Positions 25,945-35,304 of a stretch of DNA of 64,000 nucleotides are shown here, piece by piece; position 1 is the stretch's first letter, and each line of letters starts with the position of its first letter. A program made the position numbers and the translations under genes. The stretch spans positions 227,441 through 291,440 of the forward strand of contig JANQRH010000008.1 of NCBI GenBank assembly GCA_028284625.1, given 5' to 3'. The DNA comes from Afifellaceae bacterium (GTDB taxonomy: Bacteria > Pseudomonadota > Alphaproteobacteria > Rhizobiales > Afifellaceae). The notes under the pieces were generated by a model. That model did no database searches, was not told where the DNA came from, and was given only the letters and a program-made list of their open reading frames with translations.

Positions 25945-26949
25945 CTAGTTCATCACATTATAGGACAAAGCGGCTTCGATCACGTCGCGGCCGATATCCT
26001 TTTCGAACTTCTCCCAGACCGGCTGCATGGCCTCAACCCAGGCCTGGCGCTGCTCCGGCGTCAGCTGGCGGATGGTGCCGCCGGCGTCGATGATGAGCTG
26101 CTTGGCTTGGTTGTTGACCGCGGTCGACTCTGCGTTGCGCAGCTCCGTTACCTCGGTGAAGATCGTGGAAAGCTGGCTGCGGACGTCCCCGTCGAGCCCT
26201 TCCCACCAATCGACCGACGTCACGACGAGGTAGTCGAGAATGCCGTGGTTGGTCTCGGTGACGCCGTCCTGCACCTCGAAGAACTTCTTGCCGTAGATGT
26301 TGGACCAGGTGTTCTCCTGGCCGTCGACGACCTTGGTCTGCAGGGCGCCGTAGACCTCCGAAAACGCCATCTTCTGCGGGCTGGCGCCGAGCGCCTCAAA
26401 CTGCGCAACCAGCACATCGGAGGGCTGCACGCGGAACTTCAGGCCCTGAGCGTCCTCAGGCGTCATCAGCGGACGGTTGGCCGACATCTGCTTCATGCCG
26501 TTGTGCCAGAAGCCGAGTCCGAGCAGGCCCTTGCGCTTCATCGAGGTGAGAAGTTTCTGGCCGTCTTCCGATGTCTGGTAGCGATCGACGGCGTCGACAT
26601 CGGTGAACACGAAGGGCAGGTCGAACAGCCGGAACTTCTTGGTGAAGGTCTCGAACTTCGACAGCGACGGCGCCGCCATCTGCACGTCGCCGCGCAGCAT
26701 GGCCTCAAGCACCTGGTCGTCGTTGTAGAGGCTGGAGTTTCCAAACACCTCCACACACGCCTTGCCGTCCATCTCGGCGTTGACGCGCTCGGCGAAAAGC
26801 GAGGCGGCGATGCCCTTGGGGTGCTTGTCGGTGTTGGTGACGTGGCTGAACTTGATGACCGTTTCGCCGGGGTCGCAAGCTGCCTGCGCATTGGCGGCGA
26901 GCGCGCCGACGAGGCCGACAGCAACGGCCAGGGTCTTGATGTGTTTCAT
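25945..26949 (-). CDS. dctP: TRAP transporter substrate-binding protein (C4-dicarboxylate DctP family)
   Basis: ATG at 26949 with a GGAGGA RBS. Signal peptide MKHIKTLAVAVGLVGALAANAQA. DctP-family character throughout. Confidence 0.9.
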   Translation of the reverse strand: MKHIKTLAVAVGLVGALAANAQAACDPGETVIKFSHVTNTDKHPKGIAASLFAERVNAEMDGKACVEVFGNSSLYNDDQVLEAMLRGDVQMAAPSLSKFETFTKKFRLFDLPFVFTDVDAVDRYQTSEDGQKLLTSMKRKGLLGLGFWHNGMKQMSANRPLMTPEDAQGLKFRVQPSDVLVAQFEALGASPQKMAFSEVYGALQTKVVDGQENTWSNIYGKKFFEVQDGVTETNHGILDYLVVTSVDWWEGLDGDVRSQLSTIFTEVTELRNAESTAVNNQAKQLIIDAGGTIRQLTPEQRQAWVEAMQPVWEKFEKDIGRDVIEAALSYNVMN

Positions 26950-27163
26950 GGGTTCCTCCATTCAGCGGTTAATCTCGATCCCGCGCAATTCTTACGGGTT
27001 GCACCTCGCGTCTCACTGGCAGCGCGGAGATGCAATGCAAAAAACGCGGCTGTGCGGCATTATGCGCAGAGACGTTTGCGGGGGTGGGTGGAAAGCGACA
27101 CATCGGCGCGTGTCACGTGGGTCGAACGCGACCCATTTCCGCAGAAATCGCAGCTTTGGCGCT

Positions 27164-28519
27164 TCAGCCGTCCGGTCCGTCGTCGCGGTAATCTTCGCGA
27201 TTAAGGCCGTGCTTGCGCATCTTCTCGTATAGCGATTTGCGCGACAGGCCGAGCGATTTGTAAGTCTCGTTCAGCCGGCCGCTCTGTGCGGCAAGTTCCG
27301 CGACGATGAGGTCGCGCTCAAACGCCTCCATCTTCTGCGCCAACGATCCGGCCTCGTCGCTCTCGTCCTCGACACCGTCGCCGTCGATGCCGAGCCCGAG
27401 CGCAAACCGGTCGGCGGCATTTCTCAGCTCACGGACATTGCCCGGCCAGGCGCGCGTGGCGAGCACGGATAGCGTGCTTGCCGGGATGTCCGGCGGCGCT
27501 TTGTGGGACCGGGCCGCGGCTTCCGCAACAAGTTGCGTGAACAGGCGCGGCACGTCGGCGACGCGCTGCTCCAGGGTCGGCATGCGCAGCGTCACGACGT
27601 TGAGGCAATACAAGAGATCGCTGCGAAAACGGCCTTCGGCCGCCTCTTGCTCAAGGTCAGCCTTGCTTGCGGCAACAAAGCGAACGTCGAGCGGGATCGG
27701 ATCGTTGGAGCCGAGGCGCGTCACGCTGCGCTCCTGCACGACCCGCAAGAGCTTGACCTGCAGATTGATCGGCATGCTCTCAATCTCGTCGAGGAACACC
27801 GTGCCGCCGCGTGCATGCTCAAACTTGCCGTAGCGCCCCTTGGTGGCGCCGAGAAATGCACCGGCCTCATGGCCGAAGAGCTCGTTCTCGATGAGATCGG
27901 CCGGCAGCGCTCCGCAATTGATGGCCACGAACGGCTCGCCGGCCCGCGGGCTTATGGCGTGCAGCGCGCGCGCCGCCACCTCTTTGCCGGTTCCGGTGGC
28001 GCCGACAATGAGAACGTCGGCATCGGTTGGGGCAACGGCCCGAATCTGGCGTCGGAGCTCGACCATGACATCGGTGCGGCCGGTCAGCCGCGCCTCCAAC
28101 TCGTCGCGCCGCGCCACGACGGAGCGCAGCTCGCGGTTCTCCAGCGTTAGGCGCCGCTTGTCGATGGCGCGTCTGACAACGTCGATGAGGTGATCGGAGG
28201 CGAAAGGCTTCTCGATGAAATCGTAGGCGCCGGCGCGCATGGCCTCCACGGCGAGCTGCACGTCGCCGTGGCCGGTCACTAGGACGATCGGAAGCTCCGG
28301 ATCGATGGCAAGAGCGCGCTGCATGAACGCCATACCGTCCAAGTTGGGCATGCGCATGTCGGTGACGAGCACGCCGTCATAGTCGCGATCGAGCAGATCG
28401 AGCACGGCTGATGCGTTTGAGAAGCACTCAGCTTGCAGATCGGCCAGGTCGAAGGCTTGCCTGGCCGCTAGGCGGATGTGCTCTTCATCGTCGATGAAGA
28501 TGACCTGCGCGCTGCTCAT
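27164..28519 (-). CDS. dctD: sigma-54-dependent response regulator (NtrC/DctD family)
   Basis: Receiver domain (VTDMRMP), AAA+ sigma-54 interaction domain (GATGTGKE, GAFLGA GAFTGA-like loop, FLDEIE) and a C-terminal Fis-type HTH. Confidence 0.9.
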   Translation of the reverse strand: MSSAQVIFIDDEEHIRLAARQAFDLADLQAECFSNASAVLDLLDRDYDGVLVTDMRMPNLDGMAFMQRALAIDPELPIVLVTGHGDVQLAVEAMRAGAYDFIEKPFASDHLIDVVRRAIDKRRLTLENRELRSVVARRDELEARLTGRTDVMVELRRQIRAVAPTDADVLIVGATGTGKEVAARALHAISPRAGEPFVAINCGALPADLIENELFGHEAGAFLGATKGRYGKFEHARGGTVFLDEIESMPINLQVKLLRVVQERSVTRLGSNDPIPLDVRFVAASKADLEQEAAEGRFRSDLLYCLNVVTLRMPTLEQRVADVPRLFTQLVAEAAARSHKAPPDIPASTLSVLATRAWPGNVRELRNAADRFALGLGIDGDGVEDESDEAGSLAQKMEAFERDLIVAELAAQSGRLNETYKSLGLSRKSLYEKMRKHGLNREDYRDDGPDG

Positions 28520-30369
28520 TCGGCAGCTTCCACCGCGCGGTCGGCGGCGTTCAGCTCGATCGTGAACTCAGCGCCTCCGCCAGGCCGGTTGGCGGCGTTC
28601 AGAGACCCGCCGAAGTCCTTGATGATGTTGTAGGAGACCGAAAGGCCCAGGCCGAGACCTTCGTTGATCCCCTTGGTGGTGAAGAACGGGTCGAAGATCA
28701 GGTCGAGATGCTCTTCGGCGAGCCCGCGGCCGTTGTCGCTAACAACGATCAAAACGCGATCGTCCTGGCGTTCCGCGCGGATGGTGATCTCCGGCGCCCG
28801 CTCGCTCTCCGGCACGGCGTCAAGCGCGTTGCCGATCAGATTGACCAGCACCTGTTGGAGGCGGACCTGACCGCCGACAACCAAGAGTTCTTCTTCGCCC
28901 AGGTCGACATGCACATTTGCGTCGCCGGAACGAAGCCGGCCGGCGAGAAGCTGCAGCGCGTCGTTGACGGCCGTCGCAACCGCGACTGTGCCGATCCGCT
29001 GCTGCGGCTTGCGTGCAAAGTTGCGGAGGTGGTTGCTGATCTCCGCCATGCGGTCGACCAGCTCCGATATCCGCGTGATGTTGTCCTGCGCCTCGCCGGT
29101 GCGCTGGCGGTCGAGATAGGCGTTGGCGTTCTCCGCATAGGACTTCATGGCGGCGAGCGGCTGATTGAATTCGTGCGACAGGGCGGCCGACATCTGGCCA
29201 AGCGCGGCGAGCTTTCCGGCCTGAACGAGGTCGGCTTGCGACTTGCGAAGGCGTCGCTCCGCGTCCGTGCGCTCACGGATTTCCAGCGTGAGCTGCTTGT
29301 TGGCCGCATCGAGGTCGATGGTTCGTTCGTTGACGCGCTGTTCAAGCTGCGCCTGCGCCTCGCGTTGCGCCTCCAGCCGCTCGTTCAACCGCACGCGCCG
29401 CTGCAAGAGGTAGGCCGCTGCAAGAGCGGCGACCATGATCGTGAGAATGGCCGCGACGAATGCGGAGGTCGCCTGCGCCGTCGCGGCGGCCCTCGGCGTC
29501 AAAAGGTGGATGGTCCACGCGGCCTCCGGCATGTCGAGCTCGGTCATCACGAAAGCTTCTGATGCGCCGGCTGTTTGAACAGTCATGAGGCGTGCCGTGG
29601 CCCCAAGCGCCTCGAAGCCGACGTCAAGGGGCTCCAGGCTCTCCAACGGGTACTGCTTGAACGTCTCGATCGCCTCCAGCGCTGCGGCGTCAAGCGGCGC
29701 AAGCGTCTTAAAATGCCACGCGTCGCGGCTCGACATGAAGATCACGCCGTTCTCGTCGGTGACGATCAGTTGGCTGTCGCCCCAGCGCCAAGCAGCTTCC
29801 AGGTCGTCGACGCTCACCTTCACGGCCACGACACCGACAATCGTGTCGTCGCTGCGGACCGGCGCCGCGAAGTAATAGCCGCGCTTCAGCGATGTCGTGC
29901 CCAGCGCGAAGTAGCGCCCGAGCTCGCCTTCCGCTGCGGCCTGGAAGTAAGGGCGATAGCTGAAAGCACGTCCGATGAAGGAAGTGTCGCTATCGAAATT
30001 GCTGGCGGCGAGGGTCACGCCGGCCGGGTTCATCACATAGATGTCCGAGGCGCCGACATCGGCTGCGATGCGCTTCAGTTCGCGGTTGGTGCGATCGATC
30101 CGATTATCCGACGCCAGCGTGAGGAGCGCTTTGATGTCCATCTTGTCGGCGATCAGGCCGGGCAGCGGCTCGTAGCGCATCAGCGCGCCGCGCAAGCCGG
30201 CGGCAGCCAGTCGCAATGTGCCTTCGCTCTGCTCGGCGGCGCGGTTCAGGAAGAATCGTTCCGTGGCGCCGAAGCCGAACCACCCGGCCAGTGCGAGCAC
30301 AAGCGCTGCCATAAGGAGCGCTGCCCAGAATCTCGACCAACGTCTTTTCACGCAACGATTATCGCGCAA
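28516..30369 (-). CDS. dctB: sensor histidine kinase (DctB-like: periplasmic sensor domain, HisKA, HATPase)
   Basis: Two TM segments flank a ~270-aa periplasmic domain. It has an H-box (SHEFNQPL) plus N, G1 and G2 boxes (GNALDA, DNGRG, GLGLGL). It overlaps dctD by 4 nt. Confidence 0.85.
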   Translation of the reverse strand: MRDNRCVKRRWSRFWAALLMAALVLALAGWFGFGATERFFLNRAAEQSEGTLRLAAAGLRGALMRYEPLPGLIADKMDIKALLTLASDNRIDRTNRELKRIAADVGASDIYVMNPAGVTLAASNFDSDTSFIGRAFSYRPYFQAAAEGELGRYFALGTTSLKRGYYFAAPVRSDDTIVGVVAVKVSVDDLEAAWRWGDSQLIVTDENGVIFMSSRDAWHFKTLAPLDAAALEAIETFKQYPLESLEPLDVGFEALGATARLMTVQTAGASEAFVMTELDMPEAAWTIHLLTPRAAATAQATSAFVAAILTIMVAALAAAYLLQRRVRLNERLEAQREAQAQLEQRVNERTIDLDAANKQLTLEIRERTDAERRLRKSQADLVQAGKLAALGQMSAALSHEFNQPLAAMKSYAENANAYLDRQRTGEAQDNITRISELVDRMAEISNHLRNFARKPQQRIGTVAVATAVNDALQLLAGRLRSGDANVHVDLGEEELLVVGGQVRLQQVLVNLIGNALDAVPESERAPEITIRAERQDDRVLIVVSDNGRGLAEEHLDLIFDPFFTTKGINEGLGLGLSVSYNIIKDFGGSLNAANRPGGGAEFTIELNAADRAVEAAE

Positions 30370-30397
30370 ACAAACGGCGCGGCATAGGTGGGTGTCT

Positions 30398-30477
30398 CAG
30401 AGCCCATTGGAGGCTCTGTTTCTTTATTGGAGCATGATCTTATCCGAAAACCGGTTCCCACTTTTCGGGATCATGCT
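30398..30477. repeat. REP-like palindromic repeat, family 3, abutting the stop codon of the PfkB kinase gene
   Basis: The reverse complement, agcatgatcccgaaaagtgggaaccggttttcggataagatcatgctccaataaagaaacagagcctccaatgggctctg, aligns with 37453-37554. Confidence 0.75.
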
Positions 30478-31421
30478 TAGTCCAGGCGCTCCGCCTGGCG
30501 CATGAATTGTTGCGTCGCGGCAAGGTCCACGACACCGGCGTCAGAGCCGAGGCCGGTGGCGACCAAAGCGGACGTCGCCGTGCCGAGCTCGCAGGCCTCG
30601 CGCACGCCAAGGCCCATCGCCAGCCCGGCAACGAAGCCGCCGCAATAGGAATCGCCGCAGCCCGTCGTGTCCGATACGGCGACCTTGTAGGCTGGCAGCC
30701 GATACTCTTCGTCCGCCGTCTTTACGAACGATCCCTTGGCGCCCCATTTAAAGACGCAGGCGCCGGCGCCCAATTCCATGAAGAAGGCGGCCATGTCGCG
30801 CGGCTCGCTGCGGCCGGAAAGAAACGCCGCTTCCTCCATCGACGGCATGAAGTAGTCGACATGCGGGAGCGTATCCTTCAGCAGCGTCACGGTCTGGTCG
30901 TTGGGGGCGATGAGGTCGAAGGTGACGGTCAGGCCTTTGGCTTTGGCGTGTGCCAGCAAAGCAGCGCTCGGCCCGGCATCCATGGCGTTCATCAGGCCGG
31001 TGCCGCCGTGATGCAGGATGCGCGCATCGCAGACGCGATCGAAGTCAGCTTCTTTCACCTCCAGGAAGTCGGACGCGCCGCGCTGGTGGAGGGCAGGGCG
31101 CTCGCCGTTGGGGCGTATCGTCAGAATGGTGGCGGAGGTCGGTGCGGAATCCGTGCGCTGCACCATGGAGCAATCGATGCCCATGCCGGCATATTGATTG
31201 AGGATGAAATCGCCTTTCTCGTCGTTGCCTACACAGGCGATCGTGGCGGTGCTGATACCGAGCTTGGCGGCATTCATGACGGCGCCCGCCGCAGTTCCGG
31301 CCGGGTTCATGCGGATCTCTTCGATGAACTCCACGCCGCCGCCATCGGGGATCTTCGACACCGGGCGTCCGGCGATATCGAGAATGGTCAGTCCGACGAA
31401 GACGGCATCGAAGTTCGGCAT
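30477..31421 (-). CDS. PfkB family carbohydrate kinase (ribokinase/2-keto-3-deoxygluconate kinase-like)
   Basis: 314 aa with the C-terminal PfkB signature DTTGCGDSYCGGF and an N-terminal GG dipeptide region. Confidence 0.85.
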   Translation of the reverse strand: MPNFDAVFVGLTILDIAGRPVSKIPDGGGVEFIEEIRMNPAGTAAGAVMNAAKLGISTATIACVGNDEKGDFILNQYAGMGIDCSMVQRTDSAPTSATILTIRPNGERPALHQRGASDFLEVKEADFDRVCDARILHHGGTGLMNAMDAGPSAALLAHAKAKGLTVTFDLIAPNDQTVTLLKDTLPHVDYFMPSMEEAAFLSGRSEPRDMAAFFMELGAGACVFKWGAKGSFVKTADEEYRLPAYKVAVSDTTGCGDSYCGGFVAGLAMGLGVREACELGTATSALVATGLGSDAGVVDLAATQQFMRQAERLD

Positions 31422-31569
31422 GGCGGCGCTTCCTTAGTTCTGTCCTTGCTCATGTGCAGCCCGCCTCCTGAACAGGCGGCGTGATCATTCTCTGGCACTC
31501 TCCTCCCGCTGGCGCCAGGCGCTGTGCGGTTTTGTGCGGCCGGCTCCTAAACCGCTATTTGTACGTAGA

Positions 31570-31602
31570 TTTACATATGACGTTCGAATTGACATTTGTA
31601 AA
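31570..31602. promoter_or_regulatory. operator site C: TTTACATATGAC-n7-TTGACATTTGTAAA, between the divergent PfkB kinase gene and the ABC/RLP operon
   Basis: Read directly. The inverted-repeat half-sites match sites A and B. Confidence 0.5.
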
Positions 31603-31672
31603 TCGGGATTTAGGATAGAGACGGGAAGCCGTGCGTGTTCTGTACCGACGACGCGGCGAGATGGAGGAGCTT

Positions 31673-32650
31673 ATGTGGGGAATAGTGAAAGCAGTCGCCG
31701 TCGGAACGCTGGTATCGACCGCGTTCGTCGCGACAGCGCAGGCCGACGGGCATCTGTCGCTTGAAGGCAAGCGGATTGGCGTCGCCGTGGTCGGCACGCA
31801 GCATTTCTGGGATCGCGAAGCGTTTACCGGCGCCATCGAAACGGTGGAGAAGCTTGGCGGCGAGGTCGTTCAGGTGGATGGCGGCCGCGACAACCAAGTG
31901 CACGCCGACAATCACGACGTCCTCTTAGCGAACGAGGTGGACGCGGTGATTTCCATCCTCGGCGATGCCGCTGTGGAACCCAAGTTCGAAGCGCTGAAGA
32001 ACGCCGGGATTCCGGTCTTCACGGTCGACCATCCGTCGCCGCATGCGATCAACAACACGACCTCCGACAATTACTACATGGGCACGACGATCGGCCGCTA
32101 CATGGCGGATGCGATCGGCGGCTCCGGCAAGGTTGCGGTGTTCAACGCCTTTGAAGGCGCGCTGCGCATCTGCGGTATCCGTACGGGCCTGTGGAAATAC
32201 GTGCTGAGCGATTATCCGGAGATTGAGATTCTTCAGCCGGAGCTGGCGGAAGAGTTCGCCAACGCGCCGGAGGATGCACGCAAGCAGACACTCGATCTTC
32301 TCAGCCAATATCCGGAAGGCACGATCGACGCGATCCATGTGGGCTGCTGGGACCAGCCGGCGATCGGCGTGGTGCAGGCGCTTGAAGAGGCCGGCCGCAC
32401 CGATGTCGTGGTGACCGCGCTCGATGGCGGTCCCGATACGCTCGAGATCATGGCTGAAGAGGGGAGCCCCTTCGTCGCCAATGTCGCACAGCAGCCACGA
32501 CTGATCGGGTCGACATCCGCCATGAACGTGGCGCGGCATTTTGCGGGCGAGACCCTGTTGCCGCAGACTTATGTCGATGTCGTGCCGGTCAACGGAGCGG
32601 AGGAGGCGAAAGCCGCCTACCAGAATCTCGGCTACGGGACGCTCGAATAG
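31673..32650 (+). CDS. periplasmic sugar-binding protein of ABC transporter (CUT2 type); track start 31631
   Basis: ATG at 31673 preceded by GGAGGAG. Signal peptide MWGIVKAVAVGTLVSTAFVATAQA. Confidence 0.85.
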   Translation: MWGIVKAVAVGTLVSTAFVATAQADGHLSLEGKRIGVAVVGTQHFWDREAFTGAIETVEKLGGEVVQVDGGRDNQVHADNHDVLLANEVDAVISILGDAAVEPKFEALKNAGIPVFTVDHPSPHAINNTTSDNYYMGTTIGRYMADAIGGSGKVAVFNAFEGALRICGIRTGLWKYVLSDYPEIEILQPELAEEFANAPEDARKQTLDLLSQYPEGTIDAIHVGCWDQPAIGVVQALEEAGRTDVVVTALDGGPDTLEIMAEEGSPFVANVAQQPRLIGSTSAMNVARHFAGETLLPQTYVDVVPVNGAEEAKAAYQNLGYGTLE

Positions 32651-32666
32651 TCCGCCTCAACGATTG

Positions 32667-32692
32667 GAGGGCGCCGGTGCTTCGGCGCCCTC
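32667..32692 (+). terminator. stem-loop just downstream of the binding-protein gene
   Basis: A 10-bp stem, gagggcgccg paired with cggcgccctc, with a 6-nt loop, followed by tctcattt. Confidence 0.55.
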
Positions 32693-32786
32693 TCATTTGG
32701 TGTCGGCGCGTGCCATGATGGCCGGGTTCGCCGGCAATCCACACCGGCAAGACGTGTGAGCTTTTTGGGGAAGGAGCCATTTGGGG

Positions 32787-34328
32787 ATGGCCGGTCCTGT
32801 CTTGCAGATGCGCGACATCGTCAAGACCTTTCCCGGCGTGCGCGCGCTGGATGGCGCTTCCATAAGCGTATCTGAAGGCGAGATTCACGGCCTTGTCGGT
32901 GAGAACGGCGCTGGCAAGTCGACGGTCATCAAAGTGCTCGCCGGCGTCTACGGCGCCGACAGCGGCTCCGTTACGCTGGACGGCCAGCCGCTCACCGCCA
33001 TCACGCCGGCGAATGTCCACGACGCGGGCATCCGCTTCATCCATCAGGACCTTCATCTCGTTCCGCATTTTACGGTCACCGAATCGGTGTTCATGGGGCA
33101 GGAAGTGGCCGGGCGGTTCGGTCTTTCCAAGCGCCAGATGCGCAATATGGCGGAGCGCTTCTTCCGCGAGGTTCTCGACATCGAGATCGGCTGCGGCCGT
33201 CTGATCCGTGATTTGACCACAGCGGAGCGTAAGCTTGTGCAGATTGCGCGTGCGCTCATCGACGACAAGGCGCGACTGGTGGTGTTCGACGAGCCGACTG
33301 CGCCTTTGGCCATCGGCGAGATCGAAAAGGTGTTTGCCGCCATTCGCCGACTGAAGGCGCAGGGCATCGCGATGATCTACGTGTCGCACTATCTTTCCGA
33401 GATCACCGAGATCTGTGATCGCGTCACCGTGTTCCGCAACGGCAAGGACGTCGCGGTCTTCGACAAGATCAGCGACGACAGCGCCGAGGACATCATCAAG
33501 GCCATGGTGGGGCGCGAGCTGGGGCAGCTCTATCCCAACCGCACGCACGCGGCGGGCGAGCCGCTCCTTTCGGTGCGTGGCTTGTCGGACGGGAACCGAT
33601 TCTTCGACGTTGATCTGACGCTGCGGCGCGGTGAGATTCTCGGCATCGCCGGCTTGATCGGCTCGGGCCGCGAGGAACTGGTCGATACGCTTTACGGATT
33701 GCGCAAGGCGAAGTCCGGCACGATCGAGCTCGCCGACTTGCCGCTCAAGCTTTCCAAACCGGCCGATGCCGTCGGCAAGGGCGTGGTGCTGGTGCCGCGC
33801 GACCGCCGCGGCGACGGGTTGGTGCTCGCCATGAACGTGATGGAGAATATCAACCTCGCGTCGCTGGAGGAGGTCTCCAAGCTCGGCTGGGAGATGCGCG
33901 GCGCGGCGCGTAAGCGTGCGGAGAAGCTGATCGGCGACCTCGACATTCGCCCGACTAATCCTGACGCCATCGGGCAGACGCTAAGCGGCGGTAATCAGCA
34001 GAAGGTGGTGCTTGGTCGCTGGCTCGCCATCGATGCGCGGGTGTTCATTCTCGACGAGCCGACAGCGGGCGTGGATGTCGGCGCCAAGGTGGAGATCTAT
34101 CAGCTCATTGAGGATCTCGCCGCCAAGGGCGCCGGCATCGTGGTCTCGTCGTCGGACCCCGGCGAGCTGATCGGCCTCTGCGACCGCATCCTTGTGATGA
34201 TGCGTGGCCGCATCAATCACGAGATCGGAACGCAAGGGCTGAGCATCGACCAACTCGTGGCGATGACCACCGGCGCGGCGGATTTCAGCACGGCAGGGGG
34301 CACGGCGAGGAGCGCTCATGCCGGATAG
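32787..34328 (+). CDS. sugar ABC transporter ATP-binding protein (tandem NBDs, RbsA/MglA-like)
   Basis: Two NBDs. NBD1 has GENGAGKST, a degenerate signature (LTTAERK) and VVFDEPT. NBD2 has a canonical LSGGNQQK and FILDEPT. ATG at 32787; the track uses a TTG at 32781. Confidence 0.9.
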   Translation: MAGPVLQMRDIVKTFPGVRALDGASISVSEGEIHGLVGENGAGKSTVIKVLAGVYGADSGSVTLDGQPLTAITPANVHDAGIRFIHQDLHLVPHFTVTESVFMGQEVAGRFGLSKRQMRNMAERFFREVLDIEIGCGRLIRDLTTAERKLVQIARALIDDKARLVVFDEPTAPLAIGEIEKVFAAIRRLKAQGIAMIYVSHYLSEITEICDRVTVFRNGKDVAVFDKISDDSAEDIIKAMVGRELGQLYPNRTHAAGEPLLSVRGLSDGNRFFDVDLTLRRGEILGIAGLIGSGREELVDTLYGLRKAKSGTIELADLPLKLSKPADAVGKGVVLVPRDRRGDGLVLAMNVMENINLASLEEVSKLGWEMRGAARKRAEKLIGDLDIRPTNPDAIGQTLSGGNQQKVVLGRWLAIDARVFILDEPTAGVDVGAKVEIYQLIEDLAAKGAGIVVSSSDPGELIGLCDRILVMMRGRINHEIGTQGLSIDQLVAMTTGAADFSTAGGTARSAHAG

Positions 34329-35304
34329 CGTCGCGACACGCCCCGGTGGGTTCGATCTGCGCCGCGCGGTCGGCATGGCGCCGGTGGCGATCTTTGTCGC
34401 CATGCTCATCTATATCGGCTTCAACGCGCCGAACTTTCTGACCTGGAGCACGATCCAGCTTGTTCTGAGCCAGAGCGTGCCGGTGGTGGTCGTTTGCCTC
34501 GGGCTTTCGGTCGTCGTCATGGCGGGTGGCGACGATGTCGTCTCCGGCGGTATCGACCTTTCCGTGCCCGCCACGGCGATCCTCTGTGCGGGCATCATCG
34601 CGCAGCAGGTGACGCTGGCCGAGCAGCCGCTCTTCCTGGCGGCGATGCTGGCGTTCGGCGCGGCGCTTATCGTAGGCGCGCTTAACGGCTTTCTCGTCAC
34701 ACGCATCGGCATGACGCCGCTCCTGACGAGCCTGGCGATGTTCGTGGCGGTCGTTGGCGTCAACAATGTCATCACCGCCAGCCGCCGTATCGACATCGAC
34801 GCACCGTTGATTCTGTTCCTGCGCGACGATCGAATCGTCGGGCTGCCGGCCGGTGTGGCGATCGCGCTGGTTCTGTGCGTGGTGTTCGTGTTCGCCATCC
34901 ACCACACGAAGTGGGGGCTGAACCTTCAAGCCGTAGGCGGCAGCCGGGAGGCGGCCGAGGTCTCCGGCCTCCGCCCCAGCCACTTCCTCTTCTGGTCCTT
35001 CGTCATCGCCGCCTTCGCCGGCTTCTTGGCCTCGTTCTTTGTGCTTGCGCGCGGCTCCGGCTCTTCGCCGGGGACGGAGGACAATTTGCTGCTTGAGATG
35101 GTGCTTGCGACGTTTCTCGGCGCATCGTTTTCGCCGCGCCGTGTTGTGACGGTCTGGGGCGCGGTTCTCGGCGCGGTGCTCGTCGCCGCCTTATCGATCG
35201 GCTTCAAGTCGATGGGCGTCAACGTCTTCTGGACCGGGCTCATCAAGGGCTCACTCATCTTGATCGTCGTCGCACTCGGCGCGGCCTCTCAAAGGATGCG
35301 CTGA
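34318..35304 (+). CDS. sugar ABC transporter permease 1 (RbsC-like)
   Basis: Polytopic protein that overlaps the ATPase gene by 11 nt. Confidence 0.85.
   Translation: MPDSVATRPGGFDLRRAVGMAPVAIFVAMLIYIGFNAPNFLTWSTIQLVLSQSVPVVVVCLGLSVVVMAGGDDVVSGGIDLSVPATAILCAGIIAQQVTLAEQPLFLAAMLAFGAALIVGALNGFLVTRIGMTPLLTSLAMFVAVVGVNNVITASRRIDIDAPLILFLRDDRIVGLPAGVAIALVLCVVFVFAIHHTKWGLNLQAVGGSREAAEVSGLRPSHFLFWSFVIAAFAGFLASFFVLARGSGSSPGTEDNLLLEMVLATFLGASFSPRRVVTVWGAVLGAVLVAALSIGFKSMGVNVFWTGLIKGSLILIVVALGAASQRMR

Noticed and set aside
27017-27034. Sigma-54-like TGGCAG...TGCA on the plus strand upstream of dctP
   Set aside because: The GG-to-GC spacing is 12 nt rather than 10. The orientation points toward dctD and away from dctP.
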